From NCBI GenBank assembly GCA_001275005.1, contig JWZX01003138.1:1-39987 (forward strand): DNA of 39,987 nucleotides, written 5' to 3'. Shown piece after piece: positions 1 through 10,527 of the stretch. The number at the start of each line of letters is the position of its first letter. Within the stretch, counting starts at the first letter, position 1. The position numbers were made by a program, and so were the translations under genes. Below the pieces are notes generated by a model. It was not told the origin of the DNA. It searched no databases and worked only from the letters and a program-made list of their open reading frames with translations. Source of the stretch: Chrysochromulina tobinii (lineage: Eukaryota).

Positions 1-472
1 CCGGCAGCAACGCTCCGTGCCCGCCCCTTAGACAAAAAGAGGGTCGCTAGAACTCGGGAAACCTGGGACGAATTTTCACAAGGTGTGCATGCGGCGGGCG
101 GCGCTGGCTAGGCTGGGCTTTCCTTGGGCTGCCTAGTGTTTTCGAATTTCGAAAACTCTTTTATCTTTTTAAACTGTGCTCACTCAGTGCCTCACCGGCA
201 CCGGTGACGTGTTCTCCCGACGTGACCATGATTGTGTCCGCTGCGTGCCAGGGTGCAGCTTCGTGCGTCTCGTGCCGTCACGGGTGCGTCACGGGCGCAC
301 TCCACGCCGTGTGCCCATGCAGCGTCTCATGCCCTCTCACCTTTCTCCCGCCAAATCTCCCCTTACACGTTCTCCATGGCTGCCCCCCCGGGGGTCGACC
401 AGCGCCTTGGCCCTCTGTACGCCGCACGAGTGGCCTCTAGAGTGGCCCGAGATAGCTGACGGCTGCGGCGGC

Positions 473-2211
473 TCAGATCGAGATGTCAAAGTTCATCTTC
501 GGCTGCCAGCGGAAGGGCGGCGGCTCCGCGCCGCTCGAATCCGCGATCGCGCCGTCGTTGGCATACATGACGTGCACTGAGTTGAGCCCGTCCACGTATC
601 CAGCGTACGTCTGCAAGTTGCCCTGACCGCCGCCGAATTGGTTGCGCAGGGCACCGACGAGCCCGACGCCCGCGCGGATGCCGCGCGGGGGCTTGGGCGC
701 CTTGCCCGTTTTTCGGCGCATCGCGGCGATGGCCTGTAGCTGCATCGGCGGCGACTCGAGGAATTTCGCAGTCAGCTCGGTGAGCTGCTTGCCGAAGGAG
801 GTGGTGAGCTGCACGCGCGTCTGGTCACCGACGCCGTCGACCATCAGCTGGCCGATGGCCGCATCAAAGTGCTTCTCGGCGTTGCGCCGCAGCCCCTCAT
901 GCTGCCACTCGGCCACTGCGCCGCCACGCCCCATCACCTTGAGCAACTGCCCCTTGAACCGGTTGATCGTCGAGGTGGTCAGCTGCTGCCGCTGCTTCTG
1001 GAAGAGCTCAGTCACGTCGTTGTTGAGCGCCTTCTGCAGCCGGCTGCGGAACTGCGCAATCATCGGGCTCGCATCCGAGGAGCAAGTGCTCACACCCGCG
1101 TCGAAGGTGTTAAGCGCCGTGTTGAGCATCGACGTGGCCTCGGGACCAAAACCGCTCACGACCACGCCCTTGGCGACTTGCTTCGACCACCGCTGCAGCA
1201 CCAACTGCGAGCAGACGTGCCACCAGAGTTCGGGGTCGGGGGCAGACGCGGGCGCGCGGGCGGGGGCGGGGGCGGGGGCGGGCGCACCTGGGCCTGCGCG
1301 AATGCTGCCTCGTAGCTACGCCCAGCAAGGTAGCGTTCGGTGAGCCATGCTTCAGAGGGCTGCTGGTCGATGATCGCCCCGGAGGCCTCCCACGCCTTCT
1401 TGGCCACATCGGCGAACCCGGACGCCTTGCCCAGCCGGCCGCCGACCCCGCTGAGCGTCGATCGCAGCGCCTCCACGCCCGCCTCGAAGCCCTCAGCGTC
1501 ATCGCTCTCCGCGGGCACGGTGATCAGGACGAGCTCAAACAGGTCCGAGAAGGCCTTGCCTTTGAACTCGGTCGCGGCGGTGGCGGCGCTCCACGCATCC
1601 TTGCATGCCGCGCGCACCGCCGCCTCCGGCAGGCTGTCGTCCGGGTCGCGCACATGCACAAGCATCGTGCGCCCGTCGCCGCCACTCAGCATCGCCGCAA
1701 GGTGGTGAGAGAAGACGCGCTCGTAAGTCTCCTTGACGAGGGCAGCGGTGGGCTTGACGCAAGGCGAGTGCATGATGAGCGCATCCGCGAGCGACAGGCA
1801 AAAGGTCGTCAGCTTGCACGAGTCGGCCGCGCTGCGCTCCTTGCCAACCTGTGCAAGAGGCCTCGTCTCAAGGACGAGGCACCCGGGCATGCTGGGCGAG
1901 GATGCCAACCACGCGCCCGCAGACGCGGGATCCTGCGGGCCCAGCTGCAGCGCAGTCGCAAAGCGGGTGCCGAAGACTGCGTTGAGCAGCTTCGAGCTGC
2001 GCGACTTGCCTCCCACCGAGGCAACGACCGAGAGAGTGGCACTGCTCGGCGCCGATCCGGCGACTGCGGTCGCACTCGAGCCGAGGAACTCGCCCGCCCC
2101 ATTGATCAGCTGCTGCGGATCGGCGCTGCCGCCCCTCAGCCGACCGAAGCTCTGCGCGCACTCCGACCAGGCGCCGGGCACCGCGAGCAAAAGCCAGGCG
2201 GCCACGCGCAT
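473..2211 (-). CDS. RHD3/Sey1 (atlastin-related) GTPase-like protein with signal peptide and degenerate GTPase motifs; 2 exons
   Basis: Exons 2211-1288 and 1204-473. Intron 1287-1205 (GTGCGC...CTCGCAG, phase 0) joins AQAQ|LVLQRW, giving ~551 aa. RHD3-like blocks in order: VVASVGGKSRSSKLLNAVFGTRF, GAWLA, FCLSLADALIMH, LVKETYE, MLVHVRD, FSDLFEL. Hydrophobic N-terminus MRVAAWLLLAVPGAWS. Confidence 0.75.
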
Positions 2212-2307
2212 TGCAATGGAGGACGATCTCCGATGTCCTCAATCACGCCGAGACGGCGCGTTCGAATGTGTGAAAGATTGATGTGAAACATCCGGAACAC
2301 TTGACAT

Positions 2308-3441
2308 CTAGTCAATCGACTGGTTCACGCACAACCTCGCCAGCTCATCCCCATGATTGTCACCCCACTCAATCTGGCCCTTACCCGCGAGGACGATGTC
2401 GAGCCTCGCGGCTTCGGCCTCTCGCTCTGCCTGCTCCTCGAGCTCAAGCAGCGCCTCGTGCTCCGGATCGAGGAGCAGCCCACGCCGCACCGCCGCGAGC
2501 GCCTCTGCGGAGCGCCTCAGCCCAAGCAGCGCCCTCCCTTTCCTCTCGTAGGCTGGCACATAGGTGGGGTCACATCGAATCGCTCGCTCAGCGTCCTCGA
2601 GCGCCTCCTCCGCCTGGCCGCAGCGCTCGTGCGCGAGCGAGCGGTTGCCGTATAACGAAGGCAGCGCCGGGTCGAGCGCGATCGCGCGGCTGAGTGCCGC
2701 AGCGGCCGCCGCATACTCTCCCAAACCGAAGTGGGCCACCGCTTGCGCATTCAGGGCCTCGACGTCCTGCACGATCTCCTCGGAGACCGCACTGATCGGG
2801 GCGGCGGACTGCCGCCGCCGCTGCACGGGCAGCGCGTGGCTCTCGACCGCCAGCCGAAAGAGCTCATTCTCGGCCTCGAGCTGTGTGTCGGCCATCTCCT
2901 GTGCCAAAAAGGCGGGGAAGGTCTTCTCGAACAGTTCGAGCATGCGAGGGCGCTCCGCTGCAGGCAGCGAATCGAAAAACTCCTTGAACGGGTTGCCGGC
3001 GGCGGCATCGTCGCCGTCGCCGTCGCCCAAGTTCGCGGCCGCCATGAGCGCCGCCAGCGTCGCTCCGTCCAAGCCCAGATCCGCGGCAAAGTCTGCCAGC
3101 GGTGCCTCCGCAGCGTCGCCGAGCTCCGCAGCAGCGCGCTCGCGGCCGCGCTCGAGCATGATGGAAGGATCGACGCTCCCCTCGGCGAGAGCTCGCGCCC
3201 AGCCAGCGCCAAAAATGTCGGAAAATGGATCGGCGAGCAGCGCATCCGCTTCGGCAGCACGGTCGCCCGCACGCAGAATCGCCTCGTATGCCTTGGCCAC
3301 GGCCAAGTACTTTTCATTGGCATCGGGCGAAGGGTTCTTATCCGGGTGCAGCCGCAGCGCGAGCTTTCTGAATGCGGCGCGCGCAGCGTCCAGTCCAGCG
3401 CCTGGCGAGAGGCCGAGAGCGCGATAGTCGGAGGCGGACAT
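2308..3441 (-). CDS. DnaJ (J-domain) + TPR co-chaperone
   Basis: N-terminal DYRALGL...FRKLALRLHPDKNP (HPD motif). C-terminal three TPRs (LYGNRSLA, ALEDAERAI, AYERKGRAL). Confidence 0.9.
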   Translation of the reverse strand: MSASDYRALGLSPGAGLDAARAAFRKLALRLHPDKNPSPDANEKYLAVAKAYEAILRAGDRAAEADALLADPFSDIFGAGWARALAEGSVDPSIMLERGRERAAAELGDAAEAPLADFAADLGLDGATLAALMAAANLGDGDGDDAAAGNPFKEFFDSLPAAERPRMLELFEKTFPAFLAQEMADTQLEAENELFRLAVESHALPVQRRRQSAAPISAVSEEIVQDVEALNAQAVAHFGLGEYAAAAAALSRAIALDPALPSLYGNRSLAHERCGQAEEALEDAERAIRCDPTYVPAYERKGRALLGLRRSAEALAAVRRGLLLDPEHEALLELEEQAEREAEAARLDIVLAGKGQIEWGDNHGDELARLCVNQSID

Positions 3442-3456
3442 AGCCGCTAACGCGTT

Positions 3457-3484
3457 AAGTCAAGCCAAGTCAAGTCAAGTCAAG
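3457..3484 (-). promoter_or_regulatory. (CAAGT)n / (ACTTG)n array ~16 nt upstream of the DnaJ-TPR start codon
   Basis: aagtcaagccaagtcaagtcaagtcaag. The same motif lies upstream of NDUFV2. Regulatory role is inferred. Confidence 0.45.
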
Positions 3485-3621
3485 ATATTCATTCGAGATT
3501 TGGTACCAGAATTAAATGTAATGTAGCCCCGCTGGCTGAATATATCTTGATGCGGTTTGCTGCCGTTACGCGACGAAACTCTCGATAAAACTTGCCTCCG
3601 CTCGTCGCGAAGCCGACGAAG

Positions 3622-4541
3622 ATGCGAATGATACTCGGCCCCCTCGCGGCGGTGCTCGCGTACGGGAGCCGCGCGCCACATTCGTCGCGCGTACAGTCGA
3701 TCCGGTGCGCCTCGTACCGACTTCGGAGTGAATCACGACCGTTCTTCGCACTGCTCTCTGACTCTGATAAAGCGGGTGCTGTCGTTTTGTTTGCAGCATG
3801 ATCGACCCTTTCTTGGGGGGGCTCGCGCTTGCAGCACTAGCAGAGTGGAAGGACGAGGATAGAAAGCAAAGGCCCGATCTAACCGCCGCCGTGGCGGCGC
3901 CGCCACCCCCCGCAGCGCCACCACCGTTGCCCAAAGTTGTCTTGGCTGTGGCGGACAAGGCCTTGGACAAGGCGAACAAGGCTCTGGACTTGGCGGCCGC
4001 CCAGGACAAGGATGCGGCCGGAGAGGTGGCTGAGCTGAAGCTTAAGGTGGCGGCGCTCGAGAAACAGCTTCTCGAGCAGGCCTCGGGCGCGGCGGCCAAG
4101 GAGAAGGAGACGGCCAAGCTGCAAAGCCAGCTAGCTGCAAAGGATGCACAGCTGCTCGAGCTTGAGAGCCAAGTTGAGGAGCTGAAGAGCAAGGAGGTGG
4201 GAGAGGACCTCTTTGTGGCCGCCCGGCTGCAAGAGCAGATCGACGAGGTGCGGGAGACAGCTGCCGCGATCTGGGCGGACCTACTTCCACTCGTCAAGGA
4301 CTTGCCTGCGCCGCTCGTCGCATCGAAGTTGACGGAGAAGGAGATAGGGATGATGCGCTCGAAAGTTGCGTGCGACCAGGAGGCTGCATGTTTCTTCCTG
4401 CAGCGCGCGGCGCACGCACTCAAGCTCTCGGGCGTGGGCGAGCGCGACCCGAGGCTCCTCGAGATCATGGCATTGCTCTCCTCCGCCGAGGCGCAGCTCA
4501 GGGACCCACAGCAGCAGCAGCCGCTTGCGCGAGGTCGTTAG
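3622..4541 (+). CDS. Coiled-coil protein with probable bipartite (signal + transit) N-terminus; 2 exons
   Basis: Exon 3622-3704, intron 3705-3796 (GTGCGC...TTTGCAG, CG|C = Arg), exon 3797-4541: MRMILGPLAAVLAYGSRAPHSSRVQSIR-MIDPFLGG... followed by an A/E/K/L-rich coiled coil. Confidence 0.65.
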
Positions 4542-4940
4542 TCACCGAGTCGACTCCGACTTGACTCAGGCACTGTGACGGAGGGGAAATGCGTTATGTT
4601 TACCAAGCAGTTCTGTGCGCACTCGAGCGCCGACGTCTATTTACTCGTATGTAATGGTCTACGAAATCGAAAGCGGCGACGGATGGCGCTAACCGGGCGG
4701 ACGAAGATCACGTTCACGATGCGGCATGCGCGGACTACGACCGATAACCGGCGGTAAACGATAATCGATATACGGATTAACGTCTTCTAAACGTCTTCGC
4801 TTGTGAGCGCGCCCCGTCACGTGTGCTGTCCGTGGTCGCGTCTCTGCAGTCTCCGCCCGCGTATCCGCAGTATATCCGCGGTATCGTACCGCCACGCACG
4901 GTCACCAACGAGCCTCTCGAGCGACGACGCACGAGTTACG

Positions 4941-6740
4941 TTAACCGTCCGCCCCAAGACGTGAACCGTCCGCCGTCCGTGCAAGGTCCTGGAGCCGCAT
5001 AATCTCGTGGTCTTTCGCGAGGATGACACGCTCGAGCTCCTGAGTGAGCTTGAGCTGCATCTCAAACTTCTCGCGCGAGCGCACGGTGGACGACCCGTTC
5101 CCAAAGAAGCCACTCGAGGGCCACAGGGCCTCCTCCCGCGATCGGAGCTCCGCCTCACGAAGGCTTGCATGCTTGTGCTTGAGCGTCGCCCGCTGCTGGA
5201 GCTCCCGGAGTGCCTGCCAGCCGGCCTTGACCTCGGTCGCGAGGGCGGAGCGTGCCGCCTCGGCGTCCGCAGCGCGCTGCAAAGCCGCGGTTCGCTGCTG
5301 TGCCGCCGCCTCCGCCGCCGCCGCCGCACCCTCCCTCTCCCTCTCCAAGGACGCGAGCGCCTCCGCCGCCGCCGCCTCCGCCTTCGCCTGCGCCGCCGCC
5401 GCCTCGGCTGCACGTGCCTCCGCCACTGCCCGCGCCGCGCTCGCCTCGGCGGCCTGCGCGCCACTCCGCGCCTTGTCGGCTGTGAACGTGACGTTTCGTT
5501 CAGCCTGCTGCGCGAGCGAGCGCGCCATCACCACATGCAGCTCGGCCGCCTTCGCCTCGGCAGCCGCCGCCCGGTGCTCCGCGTCGCCCCTGCCCAACTC
5601 GCTCGCGGCAACGCGCGCCTCGAGCGCGCGAAGGGCTTCGGCAGAGGCGAGCGACGCGAGGGCCAACTGGCGGCGCATCTCCGCAATCTCGAGCGCGAGC
5701 TCAGAGCGCGCCACTTGGGCCGCGAGAGCCTCGCACTGATGACTCTCGCATCTCGTCCTCATCTCGGCGAGCGTGCCTCGCGACGCGAGGTCCGACGCCT
5801 GCGCCTGCGCCTGCGCCGCCGCCACACTCGAGGCCGCCTCCGCCGCGGCCGCCTCCGAGGCCGCCAGCGACGCCGCCCGAGCTCCGTCCACGATTGCCTC
5901 CGCTGCGTCCGCCCTCGCCTCGGCCGCCTGCCGTGCTGCCTCGGCCTCGGCTGCCGTGCGCGCCGCCTCTGCCGCCCGCACCATCGCCGCGGCTGACTCC
6001 GCTCTCGCCGCGGCCTCACCCTCACGCGCCATCTTCATGGCTAGCTCGGCACGCGCACGCGCCGCCTCTGCCTCCGCTAAGCGTGCCTCGAGCGCCTCGG
6101 CTGCCGCGTGATCGGCGTCGTGCTGAGCACGCTCGGCCAGTGCGTCGCGCGCCGCTTCCGCCGCCTTCGACTGCCCGTGTATGACGGTGGCGCTCGCCGG
6201 CTTCGGAGAAGGGTCGACGTCCTCATCAAGCTCATCAAGCTCATCAAGGGACTCCTCCTTCTCCTCCTCCTCCGACTCGCTCGCCTCCTCCCCTTCCGAC
6301 TCCTTCGCCTCCGCCTCGCCAACCGCCTCGCCTCGCTGCTCCCCAATCCGCTCCGTGCCGCCCTCCCGATGCACCGTGTCCGCAGCCACTACAACTCTTC
6401 TCCTCCAACGCTCCTCCGCCATGCTCGCCACAGCATGCTCATGGTCAGCGCCACCGCCGCTCGCGTGCGCAACGAGGATCTCGAGGACGACGGTGCCCAC
6501 GGCCGCCCTTTGCAGCAAATGGGTTGTCTCTGCGTGCCCCGTGGTTACTTCGCCGTTCACCCTGACGATCACGTCTCCAACATTGAGGGTGCCATCTTGG
6601 GCGGCCACGCTGCCCGTATGAATTGAGGCGATGGATGGGTGAGCGTCCGATCCTGTGAGGCGGATGCCGAGCTTTGTGTCGAGAGTGGGCTTAATGAGTG
6701 TGACGATCTTCGACTCCACGATCGTCAGAGGCTCCGCCAT
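4941..6740 (-). CDS. PDZ-domain protein with acidic linker and long Ala/Glu coiled coil
   Basis: ATG at 6740 (MAEPL). PDZ features KLGIRL...GSVAAQDGTLNVGDVIVRVNG...HAETTHLL, then an E-rich tract and heptad repeats. Confidence 0.8.
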   Translation of the reverse strand: MAEPLTIVESKIVTLIKPTLDTKLGIRLTGSDAHPSIASIHTGSVAAQDGTLNVGDVIVRVNGEVTTGHAETTHLLQRAAVGTVVLEILVAHASGGGADHEHAVASMAEERWRRRVVVAADTVHREGGTERIGEQRGEAVGEAEAKESEGEEASESEEEEKEESLDELDELDEDVDPSPKPASATVIHGQSKAAEAARDALAERAQHDADHAAAEALEARLAEAEAARARAELAMKMAREGEAAARAESAAAMVRAAEAARTAAEAEAARQAAEARADAAEAIVDGARAASLAASEAAAAEAASSVAAAQAQAQASDLASRGTLAEMRTRCESHQCEALAAQVARSELALEIAEMRRQLALASLASAEALRALEARVAASELGRGDAEHRAAAAEAKAAELHVVMARSLAQQAERNVTFTADKARSGAQAAEASAARAVAEARAAEAAAAQAKAEAAAAEALASLEREREGAAAAAEAAAQQRTAALQRAADAEAARSALATEVKAGWQALRELQQRATLKHKHASLREAELRSREEALWPSSGFFGNGSSTVRSREKFEMQLKLTQELERVILAKDHEIMRLQDLARTADGSRLGADG

Positions 6741-8351
6741 ACAAGATGCGGCGTGACGTCTGCCTCGCGGAATGCACAAAGCCGCGAAGTGTGCTATTCA
6801 TTCTCGACGAACGCGAAACACAACGTCAACGGATTGCATGTCTTGCATGCAAGCCGGTCCCAGGAAAAAGCGACGTCGGACTTCCCGTCGCGCGTCGGAT
6901 CGGAACACTATAACAACACTCGCAATCTCCCTCGTGACTTTTTTTTTCGCTGCAACCCGTCGACCCCATCTGAGCCGAGGCCATTGGTGGCCGGATTAGG
7001 CTTCCTCGCCGCCATTTTTTCCGCCGCCATCGCCCCCGCATCCATATCGACCGCGATCGCCACCGCCATCGCGAGCCTGCACCTAAAGGCTCTTTTTATT
7101 TTCCAAAAACAGCAAAAACAGAAAAAAACACGTCCTCTTCACTGCACCATTTGTCCTAGTATGTTTTTTTTTTCTGTTGTACTTCTTACCGGTAACAATA
7201 ATTACACACACAATCACAAAAACGCTCCATCGACACAGTCGACGCGTTGAAACATTCGCGCGACACTGCCGCTCATGGCATGCGCGAATCCGCACTAGCG
7301 TATGCTGCGCTGCGAGCTAGATGCGCGTGTTGCGGGCGGCACGACGCGCGCGCGCGCGCGCAGCTGCGCACAGGATCGCCTTGCACGAGTTCTAGTTGTC
7401 CGTGGCGAGTCTACGAGCAGATCGTCAAGACTTCGAACCTGTTCACAGGCGCGCCCGATGGCGCGCCCCCATCGGGGAACGCAAAGAGTCGCACGACACG
7501 CCATCGCGTGACGAAGACGGTGTCATGCGACAGGACCTGTTCTGCGCGCTACTGGTGTTCAGCACCATGTTGTTGCGTTGATACCTATGGCTGCCGCGGG
7601 TTCAGGGGATCTGCGAGGAAAAGAAGCGACGCTGGAACAGCGCGGTGAGAGCGCGTGCACGGCGAGCAGCAGGCACGGTGAGCAGGCGTACGCTGCAGAC
7701 TGCGCAGAGACTTCGCCCCAGCGTGGCGCGGTGCGTGTGTGTTTCTCGTCGTCGCTGCGCCAGAATGTTCTAGGTGCATCGGCAAGCTGATGCGAATCTT
7801 GAGGCGCTCGCCGAGCCTCCCGTTATGGGCGCGACACCCACGGAGCGCGACCCGCGCACGCAGAGAGGAGGGCCAAGAGGTTGACGATCGCTGCCGACTT
7901 CAGGGACGAATCTGAGATTCCCGCTTATGAATAATGACTGTGAAAGGCATTCATTACAAATTTCATAACTAACCAAAGGATTCGTTGCGATAGTTCCCGA
8001 GATACATGTACATGTTTGATGCAATCTTGGCCAAACATTTTCCCCGCGGAAAAAAAAACTTTTCTTGCGCTTTGTTTTCGGTACTCGCAATCTTGGGACT
8101 CGAAAAAACAACGAGATTGACATAGCGGAGTCTCGTTTTGAGTCCTTCACGGCGCCGTTGTGGCCCGGTACGGCCCTCCGTTGTATGTAGTATGCTAATA
8201 CTTGTGGGCGGGCGCGTTTGAATAGGCTATACAATAGGCCCTTAGGCCGGAAACGTCGACCCTCTACCCTGTAAATACTCGCAGGATTAGGAGGGGCGTG
8301 TGGGCCTCCAGGTACAATTAAGGTACAATCGATTTGGGGTGGTCGTCAATG

Positions 8352-10298
8352 TCACCCCTGCAAGGTGACGATCGCCGATGGGCTCACGCCGAGTCGCGAG
8401 ATGAGGGTGGCCATCTCGGAGCCGAAACTCGCGGGGCCGCACACGACGACGCGCGGTCCCGGGCCCGTCGGTGACGCAGCCGGCGGCGGGGGCGGCATGC
8501 CCGTGGGCTCGGCCTGTCGTGGCTCAGCACCGGTTGCGTCACCAAGGTGGCGTCGCAACGCCTGCGAGAGTAACTGCTGCTCGATCCGGCCGTGGCTGAC
8601 AGAGAGTGCGGGGAAGCGACCCGCGTCGATGGCTGGCTTCGTTCCCGCAGCTGCGTCCGTCACGGTGACAAAGACCCGCAGCAACGCGCGCGGCCACTCG
8701 TCGACCGCCGCCGCAAGCTCCTCGATCAAGAGCGCATCGTCGGCCCGGCATGAGTAGACGATCGTCATCGGGAGAGCGCTCAGCTGGGAAGAGGCGCTCG
8801 CCACGACGCCCGTCTTTGCTTGCTGGAGGATCTGCCACATCGGAGCGATGCCCGTCCCGCCCGCCACGAGCACCACGCTTGCAAAGTCGAGCGCTGGCGC
8901 CGTGCCGGGCGCGAGCTTGGGCTCATTCTGCAGCTCCGGATGAGAGAGATCGTCGACTCGCCCAAGACGGCGCCTCAGAGCCGACGCTGTAGACGCGGGC
9001 GGACGCAAGCTTGGGAGCACGAGGGTCGTTTTGGGAGGGGAGAACCACAAGTGGGCGCCCAGGGGCTGTGCCCTGAGGTACTGGGTGGCCTTGCCATTCG
9101 AGTAGATCTTGATGAGCAACTTGAGCTCGCCGCGTTCGAGATCGTCCTCGGAGGAGAGTGGTGTATAATCTCGCTCGATCACCTCAGGCATCGTCACCTC
9201 AGGCATCGTCACCTCGGGCATCGTCACCTCGGGCATCGTCACCTCGGGCATCGTCACCTCGGGCATGGTCACCTCGGGCATGGTCGGCGGCCGATCGTCC
9301 GTGTCTGAGTCCTCGGCGATGAGGACCTTGCGCATCCCCGCCGTCGAGGGCGAGGGCGCCGTCTTGGGTATGGGCGCCGTTGTGGGCGCCGTAAGCGACC
9401 CGCCTCCAGCAGAGGCCGAGCCAGATACGCCCAAGACGGCGCCATCGAGCTCGACGCGTAGGGTGACGTGCCACGTGCGCGCACGATCGGCGCCAGCTGT
9501 CCCCGTGCGACTGGAGGCGCCGCCGCCACCGCTGCCGCCGCATCGGCCGCGTTTGCCAGCTTGGACACGCGCGGCGTCGCTCGAGGTGAAGGAGTAGACT
9601 GCACTCCATTCGGATTTCGAGTCGACCCTCTCGAGCCGCCAGCAAGCGACGCGCTCCCACTCACATTCGAGGATGTCGTCGTCTCGGCTAGCCGCACGGC
9701 CTTTGCTCCGCAAGCCCAAGATCAGCCGTCGGAGGTGATGTGCCTGAAGCAGCGGGTGCGCCGCGCCTGCCGCGGCTACCACCTTGTCGGTGATCTTCAA
9801 TGCGCTCGCGAGATGCTGATCATACTGGTCGTCGTCGGTAGTGCACGCAGAGATGTGGAGCAGCATCTCTGCGCGCGAAAGGTCCTGCTCGAGTGCATGC
9901 ACGCGGCGTACCTCCTTTAGCTTGACCCCCAGCTCGGCATCAAGAGCTGGGCTCCTGCCTAAGGCGTCAGTCACGGTTCTGATCGACTCTTCCAACGAGC
10001 CCACCCCAGTCCGGAATCGGTCCTTTCCCTCCCTCACTATCAGCACGTTGGGCCCCGCCCCGCATCGGCCGAAGCACCAATCGGTCTCCACCTTGCAGCC
10101 GCCGCCCGACGCCGCCACGAGGTCTTCGATCTCGGCGAGCGTAGTGTGTGAACCATTCTGGCTGCAGGCTCCGCCAACGCAGACGTGAACTGAAGGCGTG
10201 GAGGATCGCCGCCACGGCTCCACATACGGCGCCTTCTCCAGCTTTTCCACATTCTCCTCCAGCTGGAGATCGTCGGTGTTGTTCGTCGACCCCATCAT
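8352..10298 (-). CDS. Thioredoxin-like [2Fe-2S] ferredoxin fused to a cytochrome-b5-reductase/FNR-type FAD/NAD(P)H oxidoreductase
   Basis: VHVCVGGAC...CFGRCGAGPNV (CX4C...CX3C). Reductase motifs ERDYTP, LLIKIYSNGKATQYL, LVAGGTGIAPMWQ, VVCGPASF. Start uncertain (ATG at 10361, 10298 or 10295). Confidence 0.85.
   Translation of the reverse strand: MMGSTNNTDDLQLEENVEKLEKAPYVEPWRRSSTPSVHVCVGGACSQNGSHTTLAEIEDLVAASGGGCKVETDWCFGRCGAGPNVLIVREGKDRFRTGVGSLEESIRTVTDALGRSPALDAELGVKLKEVRRVHALEQDLSRAEMLLHISACTTDDDQYDQHLASALKITDKVVAAAGAAHPLLQAHHLRRLILGLRSKGRAASRDDDILECEWERVACWRLERVDSKSEWSAVYSFTSSDAARVQAGKRGRCGGSGGGGASSRTGTAGADRARTWHVTLRVELDGAVLGVSGSASAGGGSLTAPTTAPIPKTAPSPSTAGMRKVLIAEDSDTDDRPPTMPEVTMPEVTMPEVTMPEVTMPEVTMPEVTMPEVIERDYTPLSSEDDLERGELKLLIKIYSNGKATQYLRAQPLGAHLWFSPPKTTLVLPSLRPPASTASALRRRLGRVDDLSHPELQNEPKLAPGTAPALDFASVVLVAGGTGIAPMWQILQQAKTGVVASASSQLSALPMTIVYSCRADDALLIEELAAAVDEWPRALLRVFVTVTDAAAGTKPAIDAGRFPALSVSHGRIEQQLLSQALRRHLGDATGAEPRQAEPTGMPPPPPAASPTGPGPRVVVCGPASFGSEMATLISRLGVSPSAIVTLQG
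9181..9285 (-). repeat. 15-bp coding tandem repeat x7 encoding (TMPEV)7
   Basis: acctc(a/g)ggcat(c/g)gtc repeated 7 times in frame within the reductase gene. Confidence 0.95.
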
Positions 10299-10527
10299 TT
10301 CGCACACGGAGCCTTCAGAGCCTTCAGAGCCTTGCCATTTCGGCCGCGTGAAATGCAACATGAAAAATCGGCGCCCTTTACTTTCTTGGAATGGAACAGC
10401 ACCCTCCACAATCGCAATGAAGGGGTACTACTTAAAAAAATCACAGCTGTCACAGCTTAGTGTGAAATGTCCTTCAGACAACCACAACTTTCTCTCGAAA
10501 CTTTCACTTCCTTTTTTGTATGTTTCG

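Noticed and set aside
7000..8340. Short ORFs and possible splice sites in the AT-richer gap
   Set aside because: No coherent spliced gene or recognisable domain could be built, and no TIR or LTR was seen.
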